A DNA stretch of 56,409 nt, counting the filler, from Sphacelaria rigidula (Eukaryota), in NCBI GenBank assembly GCA_964200075.2. It is 4 parts of 4 records of this genome, joined end to end, with 100 filler letters (N's around TTAATTAATTAA, not from the genome) between each part and the next. Parts side by side here need not be neighbours in the genome. Positions count along the whole stretch, not along the records: positions 1 to 14,028 come from CAXNAA020002500.1; 3 more parts are not named here. One strand, written 5' to 3'. The position numbers were made by a program, and so were the translations under genes. Below are positions 1-13,244 of this stretch, piece by piece. The number at the start of each line of letters is the position of its first letter. Position 1 is the first letter of the stretch. The notes under the pieces are model-generated. The model did not search any database and had not been told where the DNA came from. It saw only the letters and a list, made by a program, of their open reading frames with translations.

Positions 1-290
1 TGGAAACCCCTGGATGTCTCGGGACTGTCCGCCTGTACAACTGTTCCGAGGCGACACTCGTCGTCTAAGGATTAAAGGTCGACGAGGGAAAGGGACTGCT
101 GAACCTCCTTCACGATAAAAAAATAAAGGCAAGCACCGCAGAAGTAAGGTGGAGAACTAAAACAGATGAAAAATAAAAAAGCCCCTGTGTTGGCCCTTCT
201 CCTGTGTGACCCCGGCTGGTGCGCCCACATATACCGAACGTTGTACACTAGCGTCCAGAATAGATGGGATGACAACACAGACAACATACT
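1..290 (+). mobile_element. SINE-like interspersed repeat (5' cut by contig start)
   Basis: 77-285 aligns with 12962-13106 plus 13460-13525 and, in reverse, with 27623-27850; 1-70 aligns with 14206-14275. Confidence 0.7.
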
Positions 291-2599
291 GTGTTGTGGC
301 AGCAGACTGCTGTAGCAGCACAGTGCAGGGCAACAAGCCATCACCTGTAAATTGGTCATGATGGGGTGCGCGGTGTATTGACCTCAACACTCTAAAGAGC
401 GATGAGCAACAGAGTTTGTATAGTCTGATCACATCACCGACGGAATTCCAGCTTCATAGGTATGTCGACTCGAAGGTCTGGTCATCCCTCCAAGTGAGGG
501 TTTGGGAAGGGCGAGGTCTCTCTTGAGAAATGAAAAACGGTTAAGCTCAACATGTGGCACGAACACTAATACAGGACAGTGAAATACCGGATGACAGCAG
601 ACAGGAAGTCAAGTAAAGCTCTCCTTCGGGCAGCAGGGTTTGTAGTATCAAAACAGCACACCGCCAGAGTTCCAGGGTCATAGCGGTACCAACGCAAGGG
701 TTTTGGCTGGCGAGTGTACTTCGTCGTGCATGAAGAGGGCTCCGTCTTGAGAGTGGGATCGTTCCGAAAGTGGTACAGCTGTATAACGCCCGAGCGACTG
801 GGACCTACCAAAACGGTCGCGGCGTACTGAAAGAAAAAAAAGATCATGACGACTGAACAAGAAACGAACGAATAAACGAATAAACGAATAACCCTATTGT
901 TGATGCTTGATGGTCGAAGCTTGATGTATATCTTAACCCTTCACAAACGTTCGATCCTAATGAACGGCTTCTTGATACCCCGCTTGTTCCCACAAACTGG
1001 GGGAAATGTTGAGAGAACGTGCGCATCCACGGAACATATTACACAAGTATCTCCCCCTATTTTTATGCTGTAACTGTTTCAATCGTGTCAGCGTCACCTT
1101 GCTTGCTGGCGAATGACTAAGGCTTTCTCAGTATAATCGTGCGACGTCGCCGACAACTGGGGTGGCTTTATGTGCTTTCGTCACAGCTCATGGTGTTGGG
1201 TGTGGAAGAGAATGCGTTAATTTGTCGGTTACGTGCGAGTCAGTATAGTAGGTCATACAGTATCTAGCACAAGCAAACACTGTACTGCGCAGTAAGTTAC
1301 CAGCCACCGGCCCACCCTGCACCACAGCGTATCGCACGGTTACTTTGTCGCTGCACAGTTCAGTAGTAGTGCACAGTACAGTAGTACACTAGTACACTAG
1401 TACAGTAGGCAGTGCCTGCTGCTCTTGGTTACGATGTAGGATTGATAACGTTGACTGATCACCTTGCTGTCAATATGGTCGTGGTACATTGATTTCAACA
1501 TCCCTCTCACACCGTTCCCCTAGCGCCCCAAACGTTTCCGCTGGGACTGACAGACGGCGATATCGTTCCCTACGTAACGTCGTGCGCCCAGGGGAAGGTG
1601 GGGACGTAATGCAGGAAGCTTACCAGAATCGAGAAAATCGTCGAAGTAAATTTACTTGATCCAGGGTGAGGCACAGAAAAAGACAGAAGGACCATCCGAA
1701 CAGCCTTATAGTCAAAATGTGAAATTTGATGGTCAAGAAAACAATTTGTCGTTATGCCCAGCCAATGACGTTGGTGCAGCGCCGATTAGAATGTAAGAGA
1801 TGTGCTTTCGTGTAGGTGATGGTGGTCGCTTAACAAACCGTGCAATACGGGTACATCGTAGCGTAGAAAGGCTGCATGACTCGTGGCGGAGTATTTCGTG
1901 AATCCTAAATGCTGTGCTACAGCAAACACAGAGACCTCGACGGGGGTAAACAAGCGACCCAACTGTTCGAGGCATGGTAGGATGCTATTGAGAGATTGAG
2001 AGAGTCACAGTGGTTCCCTGCAACGCTGTATAATACAAGTAGCGGTGTTTGAAGGCACATGCACCCGCCCAGTCGCGCGTGTTTTGCTACAGTACCCTTC
2101 ACTGCACGGGCTGCTAACGCGGGAGATACTCCTGTAGTCTCTTTTCCGCACAAACTCATATTTTTCCCGACATAATGTAGCGAGTGTTGTGGCAACAATT
2201 TATATCCTTCCCTTTGTACTTGTACAGGCATATTTCTGATTGAGGTCCTCCGGAGCAAGGGCACGATCGTGGAAGGAGCGAGAGAGACAGAGATTAATGC
2301 TCGTTTCACCTCGCCTGTAACCTGCACTGATACAAATACAGGCCACCACGTGGGGCATGGTTCTAAAATAGGTATGCCTACAGGTGGGGATCATGGGATC
2401 GGTGGATGCTTTCATGGGAACCAGGATTTTAGTGGGAATCTAAGTCCCAATTCCTGAGCGTTGCGATAGCACGCTTGCCGCAAGGTAGACTAGACTAGAC
2501 AGTGTGTTTTCGTGGGGGAGCGGGTTCTCCATTGTCAACACACGGTTATTACTCGTAGGATATTGGTCTCTTTTAATAGGGAAATCGAAATACGAGACA

Positions 2600-3498
2600 C
2601 GACAGTTCAACTATCAACACTCGTGCAGTGACTGCCCATCATAAGCTCTTGCTGCGCGGGGTTGGATTCCGCAGGAAAGACGGAAATGGCTACAAGACTC
2701 TTCCGTACAGCGCGGTGCTCGAGATGACCAAATGCAGACATATCGAGGCGACTATCCGCAAAAGTGAACGCTGCTTCGCGGGAGCTCTTGTCCGGCAGAA
2801 GGACACACGCCTTCCTAAGCGCGTCGTGAACGGTCGGGTTTCAACAGGAGGATCTAAGGAGGCCGGCCGCCCCCCCAAGCAATGGGAGGATACCCTACAG
2901 GAGAACATATGTGCGCTAGGGGCTGTCCCGCACAAGGGAGCCCGACGGAAGTGGTTCGTCTACGGTGTAGAAGTTAACGATGGATACGATTGGGTCACTG
3001 CGGCGAAGAACATGGGCAAATAGCATATTGGAGTCGAAAAAGGAGCGGAGTAGTTTGAGGACACGTGGCGACGCGCGGACAAACGAGAATCAGACCGCCG
3101 TCACAAGCGAGAGGCTGCTGTGTCGAGGACAGTCAATCAGAGAATACTGTCTGCTCATATCGATTGTTGATCATGTCCCTGGTCGGTGGCTCTGCGGTGT
3201 CCACTGATGTGTGTCTGTATCTACTCTGCTGTCCTGAATGCCTTGGGCTTTTTCCTTCTTTTCTTTTCAAGATCGGCCATTTCTTCCTGTGCTTTTCTCT
3301 TGTTGACGTTTTTCATCAGTACTATTATTATGACGTCTTAGTCTACCATGTCGTTCTGTTCGACTTTTTTCTGTTCCTTCTTTTCTTCAGCGAGTGTTTC
3401 AGCTTTTCTTTTCTTGGGTACGTCTATCATGCGACCACGGCCGGACCCGTGGGGGGTCAGTTGAAGTGCGACAGTCAATCAATCAATCAATCAATCAA
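2600..3498 (+). mobile_element. 5'-truncated RTE-type LINE (C-terminal ORF remnant, 3' UTR, (TCAA)n tail) in UPRT intron
   Basis: HHKLLLR...IEATIRK...FAGALVRQ..RLPKRV..G...GRPPKQW..L..LG..W..AAKN is typical of an RTE ORF C-terminus; in-frame stops follow; it ends in (TCAA)n at 3475-3498. Confidence 0.85.
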
Positions 3499-3910
3499 CC
3501 GATCAATGAACAGTATAAGAAATGGATACTTTGGACAAAACACTCAATGGACCATGATCAACATTCGAGGACTCTCAAAGGGTGGTACCTCGGATCCCCG
3601 TTTAACACGCAGCTAGCTCCTTAGAGTTTGATCACACAGACGTTACAGATTCGGAATGGCGCAGCATTCCAGTATCTATATTAGCAGAATTTTCTCAGCA
3701 AGAGTGGATCCCGATAAGCCGCCAAGCCCAAAACCACAGCGGAATATTTCAACTAAAAGTGTAGGACAGCCGTACCCCGTGCACATGCAGTAACATGCAG
3801 TAGCCTAGAATGGCCGAAGTTGTGTCGGTAATGGTGCGCGTCATCAATGGTATCGAAGCTAGAGAAATGGGCACGACAAGTATGAAATGCTACTGTTGCA
3901 CAGTCCGTAC

Positions 3911-4009
3911 CTCCGCAAGCTCGTCGATAGAGGCAAGATGCACTTGGACATCTGGATGCATTTTGCACAGAGCCTCCAGCCCACACCTCGAGGCCACAAG
4001 CGTCACGAC
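3911..4009 (-). CDS. UPRT: UPRT exon
   Basis: gcggcag|GTC...GAG|gtacgg; VVTLVASRCGLEALCKMHPDVQVHLASIDELAE. Confidence 0.88.
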
Positions 4010-7000
4010 CTGCCGCATCACCGCATCCCGTATGGCCACATCACAACATCGCCACATCAATCCAGAGTGCCAAAAACAAGTAGAAAACGGTTAGGCAGTA
4101 GGAACAACGGTGCACTCGGCACGGCTCCGGTATGTTGCTTCAACACTTCATCGCTACACGCCGAATGTTCAGCTGGCGGTGTGGCACACATGATTGACTC
4201 AGTACTGTCCGGGGTATACTTTTTTCGGGATTTGTCGACCTACGATCGCTGTGTCACGTCACCTTCATGCGTTTGGCGATGGGTCTATATCCCATATCGT
4301 TCTCCAATAGCGAGAATCTCGGATTACCACATTACTGAGCTTCAGATGTTGAGAGTATACACAATTCAACAACATCCCATTCTGTCCAACTCGCTAGACC
4401 ACGCCCAAGCTACAGCATACACAGCTCCGCTGTCTCCGTTGCACCAAAATTCCCACTCACTTTTATCTTTCTAGCTCCCCACTTCTTGACGATGGAAACC
4501 ACAGCATTAATCGTGCGCGCTGATGGTAGACATGTAGACATGTAGACATAGCACAGCGGAACAGCGGAACGCATACGGACCACGCGGCGATCAACACACG
4601 TACGTGTTGTGAATTGACACAATGACGTTCTGGTGTTGCTGCGGCACAAGCTCAAGACATCTCTGTGAGTCTCTTCCATCAAGGGGCACGGCAGAACAGC
4701 ATCATCATCATCATCATCATCATCATCCCAAAACTCTGCATACGTGCAACGGACCTCTCATGTACGCTAGGGTGGAATCAGCGCTAACTATTTCTGGCAC
4801 ACGTGCTCGAGAATCAATGGCACTGGAGTACACAACAGGAGGAAGTGCGCGAGGATGTAGTCATGATCTTCCATGCCGTAGTCGTAAGACCATTGACATC
4901 GCTTCCCCACAAAGCCGAGACAGAGCACACCGGGTTTTCGTCGGGTCAGGCTCGCAATGACCAAGCGCGCGAGGGAATCGAGGGGTAGGAGGGGGGGGAG
5001 GGGTGGTCGTGCTCACACGCCGCTGATGACATGGGTGATGTGTGCCCAGACAAGCATCCCAAGCATGAAACCTGGAACAATTATTTTCGGAAAAATCGCG
5101 GCATGCTTGAGGATCGATTATTTCGAGGGGTATACACGTTACGCGTGCCACAACATTACCCGTTGCGTTCACGTTACGTTTCGGCTAAAACGTAACGTGA
5201 ACGTGACGTTAAATGTTTTCAACGTGCCAAACGAAACATAACGTGAACGATAAATTGTCCAAACGTTCAAAACACGTAATATGGAACGTTTCATGGAACA
5301 TGTACCATCTATTACACGTGCATTATACGTTTCACGTTACATGAAACGTCATAAACACGTTACATGAAGCGGTGCACTCTTCACGTTTGCAATGACTTTT
5401 GAAAATTCTAGAAAATTGTGCTTCGATAAACCAGGGCTTCACACGTTACACGTGCCACAACGTTACACGTTACATTCACGTTACGTTTTGGCCGAAATGT
5501 AACGTGGGCGTTAAATTATTTTCACGTGATGAACGTAACGTAACGTGAACATTGAATTTTCAATGAAAAAATCCATCAGTCTGTGTGCAGTAAAACAAGA
5601 GTTTGTCAAGCTAGATAAAGGCATTGGTTGCCTGGACCGCGGTGTAAACCTGCCATACATACATATATGCATAAATACGTACGCCTGATTTTGACGGCCG
5701 TGATGAACTATCTTCTTTGTCCATGTCTGCATGTATGCATATATAGAACCGAGGGTACACGATATAGTTTTGTCTGCGAAATGCCTCGACGACTCAAGCC
5801 AACGTTCAATCGTGTTTACCATCTGCTGTGTGTACAGCATGTGCTGTCATGCGAATAACCAAGGATTTGAAAATTGAAAATTGAAAACAAGGTGAAAAGA
5901 AGAGAGGAGATATGAAAATCTTACGGTCAAAAAGGAATGAATGATACACTGTAGAGAAATGAACGTTATACAATGAGATAATGCGCCTACGCTCATACGA
6001 CGTATAAAATGAAACGTTAAAACGAACGTTACACGTGTCAAATGAAACGCTACATTAGATATTGCATGTGGCGGAATGTAACGTCATTTTTTTCAACATG
6101 CCAAACGAAACGTAATGTGAACATGAACGTGTAACGTGTAGACCCCTGATTATTTCGGTCCTCTAGATGGTGACCGACAAGAACAGAGCATAAATGGGGA
6201 GAGAGAAAAACATCACATGTTCGAATACCAGGCTGCACATGGCCATCCATGCCGTGAGGACGTGGACTTCCGAGTGGAATTACTGCCTATCCTACTGGGT
6301 GCTGTGCGTTAAGGTTTGCTTATCCTGCCAGTGAAGTCCCAGTGTAGCTATCATCACTATCGTCGTTGCGGTCTTGCTGTTGCCTGCCAATGTGCGTGTC
6401 CATAGGAGTGTCCACGCGCGCTTGGTATAATACGGCATCACACCTTTGATTCCGCAAATGCCGTTCCTGCTCAACTTCTCAGCCTGTCACAATATATTCC
6501 TCTCGTAAATCTGAAGCAGTGCTCGTCATCTCCGCACATTCCGAACGTCAAGATTTTCAGCTCCAAACTCGCGCTTCGAAAGGGAAATTGTAAATTCCTC
6601 CCTTGACCATGCCATGTCAGTGTGAGCAATCTCAACTTTTACCCTCACTGGCTATTTTTTCCGAAATTGTTTACGCCATGCGATTTGATCCTTTCTTTCC
6701 ACGGTTTTCACGAGTCATGGTATGAAAAACCATATGTACGTGCAGATCAACTGCAACGCAAAACGAGGCATGCAGGTTCTCTGTTCGCGCTTTAATGGCC
6801 ACGGTGAGATATCGGTATCTGGGATTATTGGAAAATGACCAATATTGCAGTATACAAATCATGCATGAACCACTGACGCCGACTTCGTAAGCGAAACCCA
6901 AAGAATGATACGTGCATGCGCGCTGCGCGATCGTCCCATCATTTTTCAAGCATTATTGACTCTCCCGAACGATAGAGAAACCCGATTGGATTAGTATCTT

Positions 7001-8355
7001 TGTCTTTGCTTCACAGAAAAAGTCGCCTAAGGAAAATCTATATCCCGTACCATTTGAGGACTTCAAATCTCATCTTCATCTCCCGTATTTGGTGACAGGT
7101 ATGATTGCAATCGATGTGGGTGGGGTTGTTTGAACGCTTTTGCTGGAGGGTTTCAGAAAAGTCGAGCTCTTCCGGTATCGGATTCTGCCGAATCGGTGAA
7201 TTCCTTACAATATCTTTGATACCGGAAATGTTTGAATTTTCTGGTTAACTCTGACTACACCTCCCAAGAAAACTCAACCACCGTGTTAAAATAGATCAAA
7301 GTATCGTGGATATTCAAGTGATGACAACATAGGTTTTTAGCTTACAGGCGATGTGCTTGGTACAAGTGGTTCAACAGCTTCAACAGCGCGTGCGAACGAA
7401 CCCAGTACAAACAATATCCGCTCCAACTTGCACACTCCAACTCAGTCAAGGCATGAACAATGAACAAGCCAAGGACTGCTGTACACCAGCAACGGGAGTG
7501 CACAAATGATATGCTTATTGCTTTATGCGGGATACCGCAGAGGTGCACAGAAACCTTGCCGGATGTGCTTGCAGTGTATGCTCAGAAGTCGACAGCAATT
7601 AGGATTTTTTCGGCGACGGTGATGGACTCTTGTTGGACGAATAGATGTTGGACGAGGCGGTGCTTCTTGTGTGCAACGCGTTACGGCACTCGCAACACGT
7701 CAACACATCGGAGGTGGAGAGCACGAGCGTCGTCTGCACAAAAACAATAACAATACAGCAATAACAATGCGATTATATTTTTTTCGCAATGATCTGTCTT
7801 GGGTGCTCACATGAGGCAATCACTGGATCCAGAACGAGAGCTACATCTGATGGGTGCCCCTTCGGCAACCTGTTGTAGTACTGCACCGGGATGTTGCTAC
7901 CAGGGTTGCGGTACATGCCAACGTGGTACACTGGCGAATCCGGCAGCAGCTCGAGGAGTGCCTCCGTCATACCCAACCCGCCCCTGCAAAAAGAGAAGCA
8001 AGCACGGAGCGTCGGAGCGTCACCAAGGCCGCGACAGCAACCATTTTCGACCGCAGCAAAATCGATGGGAGGCCCCTCAAACGCACGGACGCAATCTCGA
8101 CTGCACTTGGTCGTCCTGGGCGCTACATTCCCGTCATTGGCTCTGTCCCGATCGGCAGTACATTTCATGACTAATGATCGACCATGTAAGAAAGAGCCAT
8201 GTCGAATAAAACGAAATGGCGACGTTCAAGTTCCCACTGACCTGAGAATAGGTACGACGGCGACACTTTCGGCGATCTTCCTAGCGGGACAATCATCCAC
8301 CGCCCCCGTCTTGACGCTTATCGATTTGGTTGTCAGATCGCGGGTCGCTTCGTAT
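3911..8355 (-). CDS. UPRT: Uracil phosphoribosyltransferase, partial multi-exon gene (4 internal exons; first and last exons not found on this contig)
   Basis: Exons 8242-8355, 7811-7983, 4461-4519 and 3911-4009 all have AG/GT boundaries and compatible phases. They join to YEATRDLTTKSISVKTGAVDDCPARKIAESVAVVPILRGGLGMTEALLELLPDSPVYHVGMYRNPGSNIPVQYYNRLPKGHPSDVALVLDPVIASSRTINAVVSIVKKWGARKIKVVTLVASRCGLEALCKMHPDVQVHLASIDELAE, which carries the UPRT motifs YEATRDL, VVPILRxGLGM, HxGxYR and YYxRLP plus the PRPP loop. Confidence 0.93.
4461..4519 (-). CDS. UPRT: UPRT exon
   Basis: ccatcag|CG...AAA|gtgagt; SRTINAVVSIVKKWGARKIK. Confidence 0.88.
4700..4726. repeat. (CAT)9 microsatellite
   Basis: Read directly. 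Confidence 0.95.
5125..6148. mobile_element. Non-autonomous hAT-like DNA transposon (~1 kb) with ACGT-rich subterminal repeats
   Basis: TIR gAGGGGTaTACACGTTAC / GTAACGTGTAGACCCCTG; perfect 8-bp TSD ATTATTTC at 5117-5124 and 6149-6156. Confidence 0.85.
7811..7983 (-). CDS. UPRT: UPRT exon
   Basis: ttttgcag|G...TCAT|gtgagc; GGLGM...YYNRLP...LDPVIAS. Confidence 0.92.
8242..8355 (-). CDS. UPRT: UPRT exon
   Basis: ctctcag|A...CTCAG|gtcagt; YEATRDL...VVPILR. Confidence 0.9.
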
Positions 8356-11300
8356 CTGAGAGGGCGTAACGGCAAGTGGGAAACAATAGGAGCACAAAAA
8401 GAATGATTGTACAATGCAGACATACACTCTGGGTGTGGGCGTCCCGTCCAACCGTAAAAACAGAGTCCGGATTTGCATGATTTGGATTATTTGGATATGC
8501 TCTTGGCCACTATGGACATTGGTTGCTAGGTGCGTTGCTGTTTTCGAACAAAGTTTGAAAAGTCTGAGTCTTAGTGTACGAGGAGAGATGCTAACCGTAA
8601 CTTAGTGCACAGCTGTATTTTGATGCCAGAGAGACGACGGCAAGGGTCCCTCTTCCTCTCAAGCTACGATACGGTCGTGGCCGTCTCATGTTTACACATA
8701 TTTCATCCGAGCGCTGGGGCACCCTGCGGAGGGGATGGGGGACGAACCGAGCAACACCAGTATCTGGACGTTCACAAGCGGCGGTTGGACGTGGGTGCTC
8801 ACAAGATTCCCGCTCAAAATATCAGCTTCAGCGAAGAGGCTTGCGGTCGCCTGATGACATGATTGAGTAGGCGGGTACCGTGCATGTCCTTCGCCCATCA
8901 TTTTGCTGTGTATGTGTAAGCTGCCAGTTCAGTGGTCACATGATAGACATACCCGAGACGAATTGTAAACTAAACTAAAACACTCGCTGAAGAAAAATGA
9001 AGAAAAACATAACAGGTACGACAGAACAGAAAAGGTACAACGGACAAACATGATAGACTACTCGCGAAAAAAGAAAATGATGAAAAAAAAAAAAAGACGA
9101 AAGGAAAACAAAAAAATATAAGGAGCCGGCTTCTGCCATATGGCTTGGGTGGAAAGATCTTGCGCAGAAACCACATTAATACCCAATTGTAGAAAACACA
9201 AGGCCGTGGGAATGGATTGTGGCCCATCTACCACGACGATGACCTCACTCTTCTGGGCAAAGCTCTCATTCATGAACCCTACGGAAGCGAGGCATCAAAT
9301 TGCTCTGGCATACACCGGCTGAAAGGATATGTGGGGGGCGAATTGCGGTGCTACACAGCCTTCGACCTGAAATGATTATAAAAGTGTTGACATGTTGACG
9401 TGACCATGCCCCGTTCCCTTGTTTTGGTGGAGTGATGGACGTGACTGCCACTGGGCACATGAGGCCGTGTCTTATCGAGGCAAAGAAGAAAAAAACGCAG
9501 AGAAACGCTGGCGAGGCTGGCGATAAAGTTTGACCGCCCACGGCGACGAGTTTGGATCCTACGGAGGACACACAAAACGAACGTATTAGGAAAATCGGTG
9601 ACTCTGTCGGCACTGAACACAGTCGAAAGCACATCTGGCCATCTCAACGGGCGGGGGTGGCACACGTCACTCAAGCACATTTCACCTATTAATACAAAAC
9701 CCAGCCCGAACATGGACCTCTAAGACACTCACAACACAAGCGCATCACGCTCGCGCTGGCTCTTGCTCATCTACATCTACACATACACCGTCATCTGTGT
9801 TTGGCGGCAATCAATTCGGTATCGGGAGAGGGGCGACCGTGTGTGTGGTGTGCGTCACGAAAGTTGCTCACGATGAAGTCGACGCACGCATACGGCGCCC
9901 GTCTGACAAAACCTATTGTATCTGCCGCACAATGGGATCAGGAGTTAATGTGCTTGTGCTTCACGCCCCGGCCGTGTGCTGTGTGACAGGCTTGTATCAC
10001 AGCCAGGGCAATTGCGCCGCTGGTTTGTGTTCCCCCCTATAGCGGACAGACGGGAAAAAAACTTCCGCTGGACCAAGAAAAAGCGCCGGCGCTTTTTCAT
10101 CCTGTATTATTTTGTAGGGGGGTGGTGTCGCAGCGAGCAACCAACATGCGCCTCTTTATCAGAGCTCGCTTCTTGCTTGGTCTCGGTAAGACAGGGGCTC
10201 AGCTCAGGGCGTACCCTACCAAACCAAATTGAGCCAACAAAAATAAGCCGTGGGATTGATTCAGAGTAAAGAAATTGAGCGTACACAGCGAGAAAATGTG
10301 GACGGACGTTAGCAACCACCGGCGAAGAGCATCCCCTCTCTCAAGTTGTTCACACGGTCATCACGAGATACACCGCACCCGATGCAGTGTCTGATAGCGA
10401 AGACCGTAGTTCTGAATGAGCTAATTTGCTATTCGATTGCATATTTGGTTCTGTATGAATCGATCATTCACGAACTGAGTTATGGACGGAAGCAGCAATG
10501 TCTTGTTCACTGTCGTCTTGTACAGATCCATCGCTTCAACTCCACATTTCTCGCAAAGAGCCGCGGCAAGAGTTCATACAGATGTCCGCTGCTCGGCTAA
10601 TATCCCACCAACACTACTCGTACTCGTACTAGAAAAAAGTGCGTCATGCCGCAGTGGCCTGTGACTACTGTGACTACTGTGGTTCCTGTGACTCCTGTGA
10701 CTAGTCCAGTGTAGTACATACCTCTCGAGGTGTCAGGCGTCGAAGCTGGGTGTCTGTAGGTGCCGGCGCATGCGTTGAAATGTCGAGCATGCATTTTTAT
10801 CGGTTGCACATGACAATCATTAGATTCTTCTCTGATCGGTACGGCCGTTTTGCGCCGCATATTCTCTCGAAAAGCCAAGACTATTTCTTTTAGGACAAAA
10901 CCAAAATCAGAATTGTGATCGATATTGATCGCCGCTTCTTTTCTCCCGCGATTTTGAGAGGGGACAAAAAAAAATATCTTGTGGCACAAATCGTGAACGA
11001 GGAAGGAGTTTTGCACCTGTACAACAGCACCCAAAGAAGACACAACCACTGCACGGCCATCACGTGACTTTTACAACGTCGTTTGGAGAGCACTTTGTTC
11101 CCACCCCTATTGTGCACAGACCGGAACACAGTACGAGTAGCAGTACAGCATCTGAGGCAATCTCCAGCGCAGATCAAGCCGTGTTCGTAGGATTCAAGCG
11201 AACCACAGTACAGCGACAACTACAGCATAGAAATAATGGGCGTGGGCACGAAGCGCGCGTTGTTGGTTTCACAGACGACTCAACGCATCCATTACATCGT

Positions 11301-11606
11301 GATGGCCTTTTGAGCAGTGACTAGACTCGTGTACTGTACCGACCAGGACACAACAACAGCACACAAGGTTCACGCAATCCCCAGCCCAGATCAAACCGTG
11401 TTCGCAGGGTTCAAACGCACCACACTGCGAGTACGGTGTGAGGCACAGCACAGCAGCACAGCAGCACAGGAATGATGGGTCTGGGCTCGAAGCGCCTTGT
11501 TCGTTACGAAAGACACAATATCCAACAAACACATCATGACATTTAAAACTTTGACAAGACAGCACTGAGTGCCGACTACACTTGTTTTACACGAAGCGGA
11601 GCACAG

Positions 11607-11607
11607 C

Positions 11608-11654
<47 letters not shown>
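11607..11654. repeat. (CAA)16 microsatellite
   Basis: Read directly. Confidence 0.95.
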
Positions 11655-11655
<1 letters not shown>

Positions 11656-11834
11656 ACAGCCGCTCAGACGATCCCAGCGGAGACCGAATCTTCTTCGCAA
11701 GGTCTGAACACAGCACACTAGAGTGACAGCTACAGCATATGACAGAGGGTGCGAGCATGCTTGTGCTGCACTACACGAAAACATGGTATGTCCCATAGTT
11801 CAGTTCTTCATTCGATTCTGAACACCTCTTCAAT

Positions 11835-12680
11835 TTGAGCCGGGCGTTCAAAATGGGATGCCCATTTTGATGAGAAAACTGCCCGCTCAGCAAAATTCAA
11901 AATTGTGGGGGTCACTTTCGTTGAAAATCGTCACTGATTTTGTTCCACAAGACCGTTTCTTTAGGTCACTTCTTATGTGGGGAAAAAAATCTTCTTGAAG
12001 ACTTCCCTTTTGGTCCTTCTGCGTCATTTTACGCGCCAAAAGAGGGCTAGGCGAGTGTTGACATCTTGGAATGACTTGCATACGTCGTTGAGACGGTTCC
12101 AGGACGCCTTTGCGTTTTCCAGTGGCCGTAGTTTCGTTTCTGGCAAAACTTGCATTTTGGATAACAAACTGTCGAGGTGAAAAACACCTGCACTCGTTGA
12201 GACGGTTCCAGGACACTTTTGCGTTTTCCAGTGGCCGCAGTTATTTTTTTTTACAAACTTTCGTTCTCAATAACAAAACAATTAAGATGCAAAAAACAGC
12301 AAAAACATCCACTTTTTGTTGGATTTTTGGCTAAAAATACGGCGTCTGCAGGACTCTTGAAGTGATTCTTCAATATTTCCATATCGTGCTCACGTTGTTT
12401 CATGTGCCTCTGTCCATTTGTTCTTCTTTTCTTTTTGTCCAGAGGCCTTTCTCGAAGCCTCGGAGCCGAGCGAATCGGAAAAATGGACTAGACTCTTTTC
12501 GGTGGGGTGATGCAGAGTGTCCAAGAGGTGTGATGTTTCCTGCTTGGGGCCATAAACCGTGTCAACGTCCAAAAACTGAAAATCCTTGTGGAAATCATCA
12601 ACCGTAAAAGACGGTTCAAGGGTTGATTCTTTACATTTTTTTCAAAATCGGGTGCGAATTTTATCTTACCCGGGTCCCAT
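11835..12680. repeat. Interspersed repeat (probable non-autonomous DNA transposon)
   Basis: Internal duplication TTGAGACGGTTCCAGGAC..TTTGCGTTTTCCAGTGGCC (12088, 12198); related sequence at 13580-13720 and 21020-21160. Boundaries are approximate. Confidence 0.5.
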
Positions 12681-13106
12681 CAAACTCGACCTGAGACTGT
12701 TGCAATGGACCTTTCCGGTGGAAAGCGCAGAAACGAGAAAAAGTAAGTGAAATAACTAGGACCATAAGTAAGGTGGACGGACTATCATATGAGAATTCAC
12801 TCATCGTCGTTCAGTCGCCCCGGTGGCTCAGTTGGTATCCTCGAAACCTTCTGACGGTTGGGTCGTGGGTTCAAAGCTCGGAGCGATCTGGGATTTTTTC
12901 TCACACCATGCCCAACAGTGGCGAGGGACTATGTCGTGGGTACACAATATTCGACTCTACGATCGACTAGAGGAAGGGACTGCTGGACCCCTCTCGCGAT
13001 AAAAAAATAAAGGCAAGCATCGCCGAAGAGAGGTGGGGCATTAAAAACAAAGAAGAATATAATAAAAAGCCCCTGTGTACACCCTCCTCCTGTGTGACCC
13101 CGGCTG

Positions 13107-13244
13107 ATCAAACAATTTGATTCGAATGAACAAGAATTAGCAATTGAACAAATATAATCTATTGAAAAGTATAAGAATTTGAAAGAAAAATTAGAAACAT
13201 TATAAAAATTACTAATGAAAAAAAAGAAGCAGAAACAGAAAAAA
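13107..13244 (+). pseudogene. rpl9: NUPT: probable plastid rpl9 fragment
   Basis: IKQFDSNEQELAIEQI*SIEKYKNLKEKLETL*KLLMKKK..AETEK resembles the L9 connecting helix and the start of its C-domain; plastid-like AT content; recognised by eye only. Confidence 0.45.

Noticed and set aside
4622-4960. Poly-His ORF
   Set aside because: Intronic (CAT)9 microsatellite with no coding context.
8692-8970. UPRT first exon
   Set aside because: No frame yields the expected HP..HK...LR...FR...E...LG sequence.
11391-11796. Poly-Leu/Cys/Val ORFs
   Set aside because: Translations of a (CAA)n microsatellite.
12813-12890. tRNA gene
   Set aside because: Has A/B boxes but no convincing acceptor stem or cloverleaf, and runs into a dispersed repeat body; it is a SINE head.
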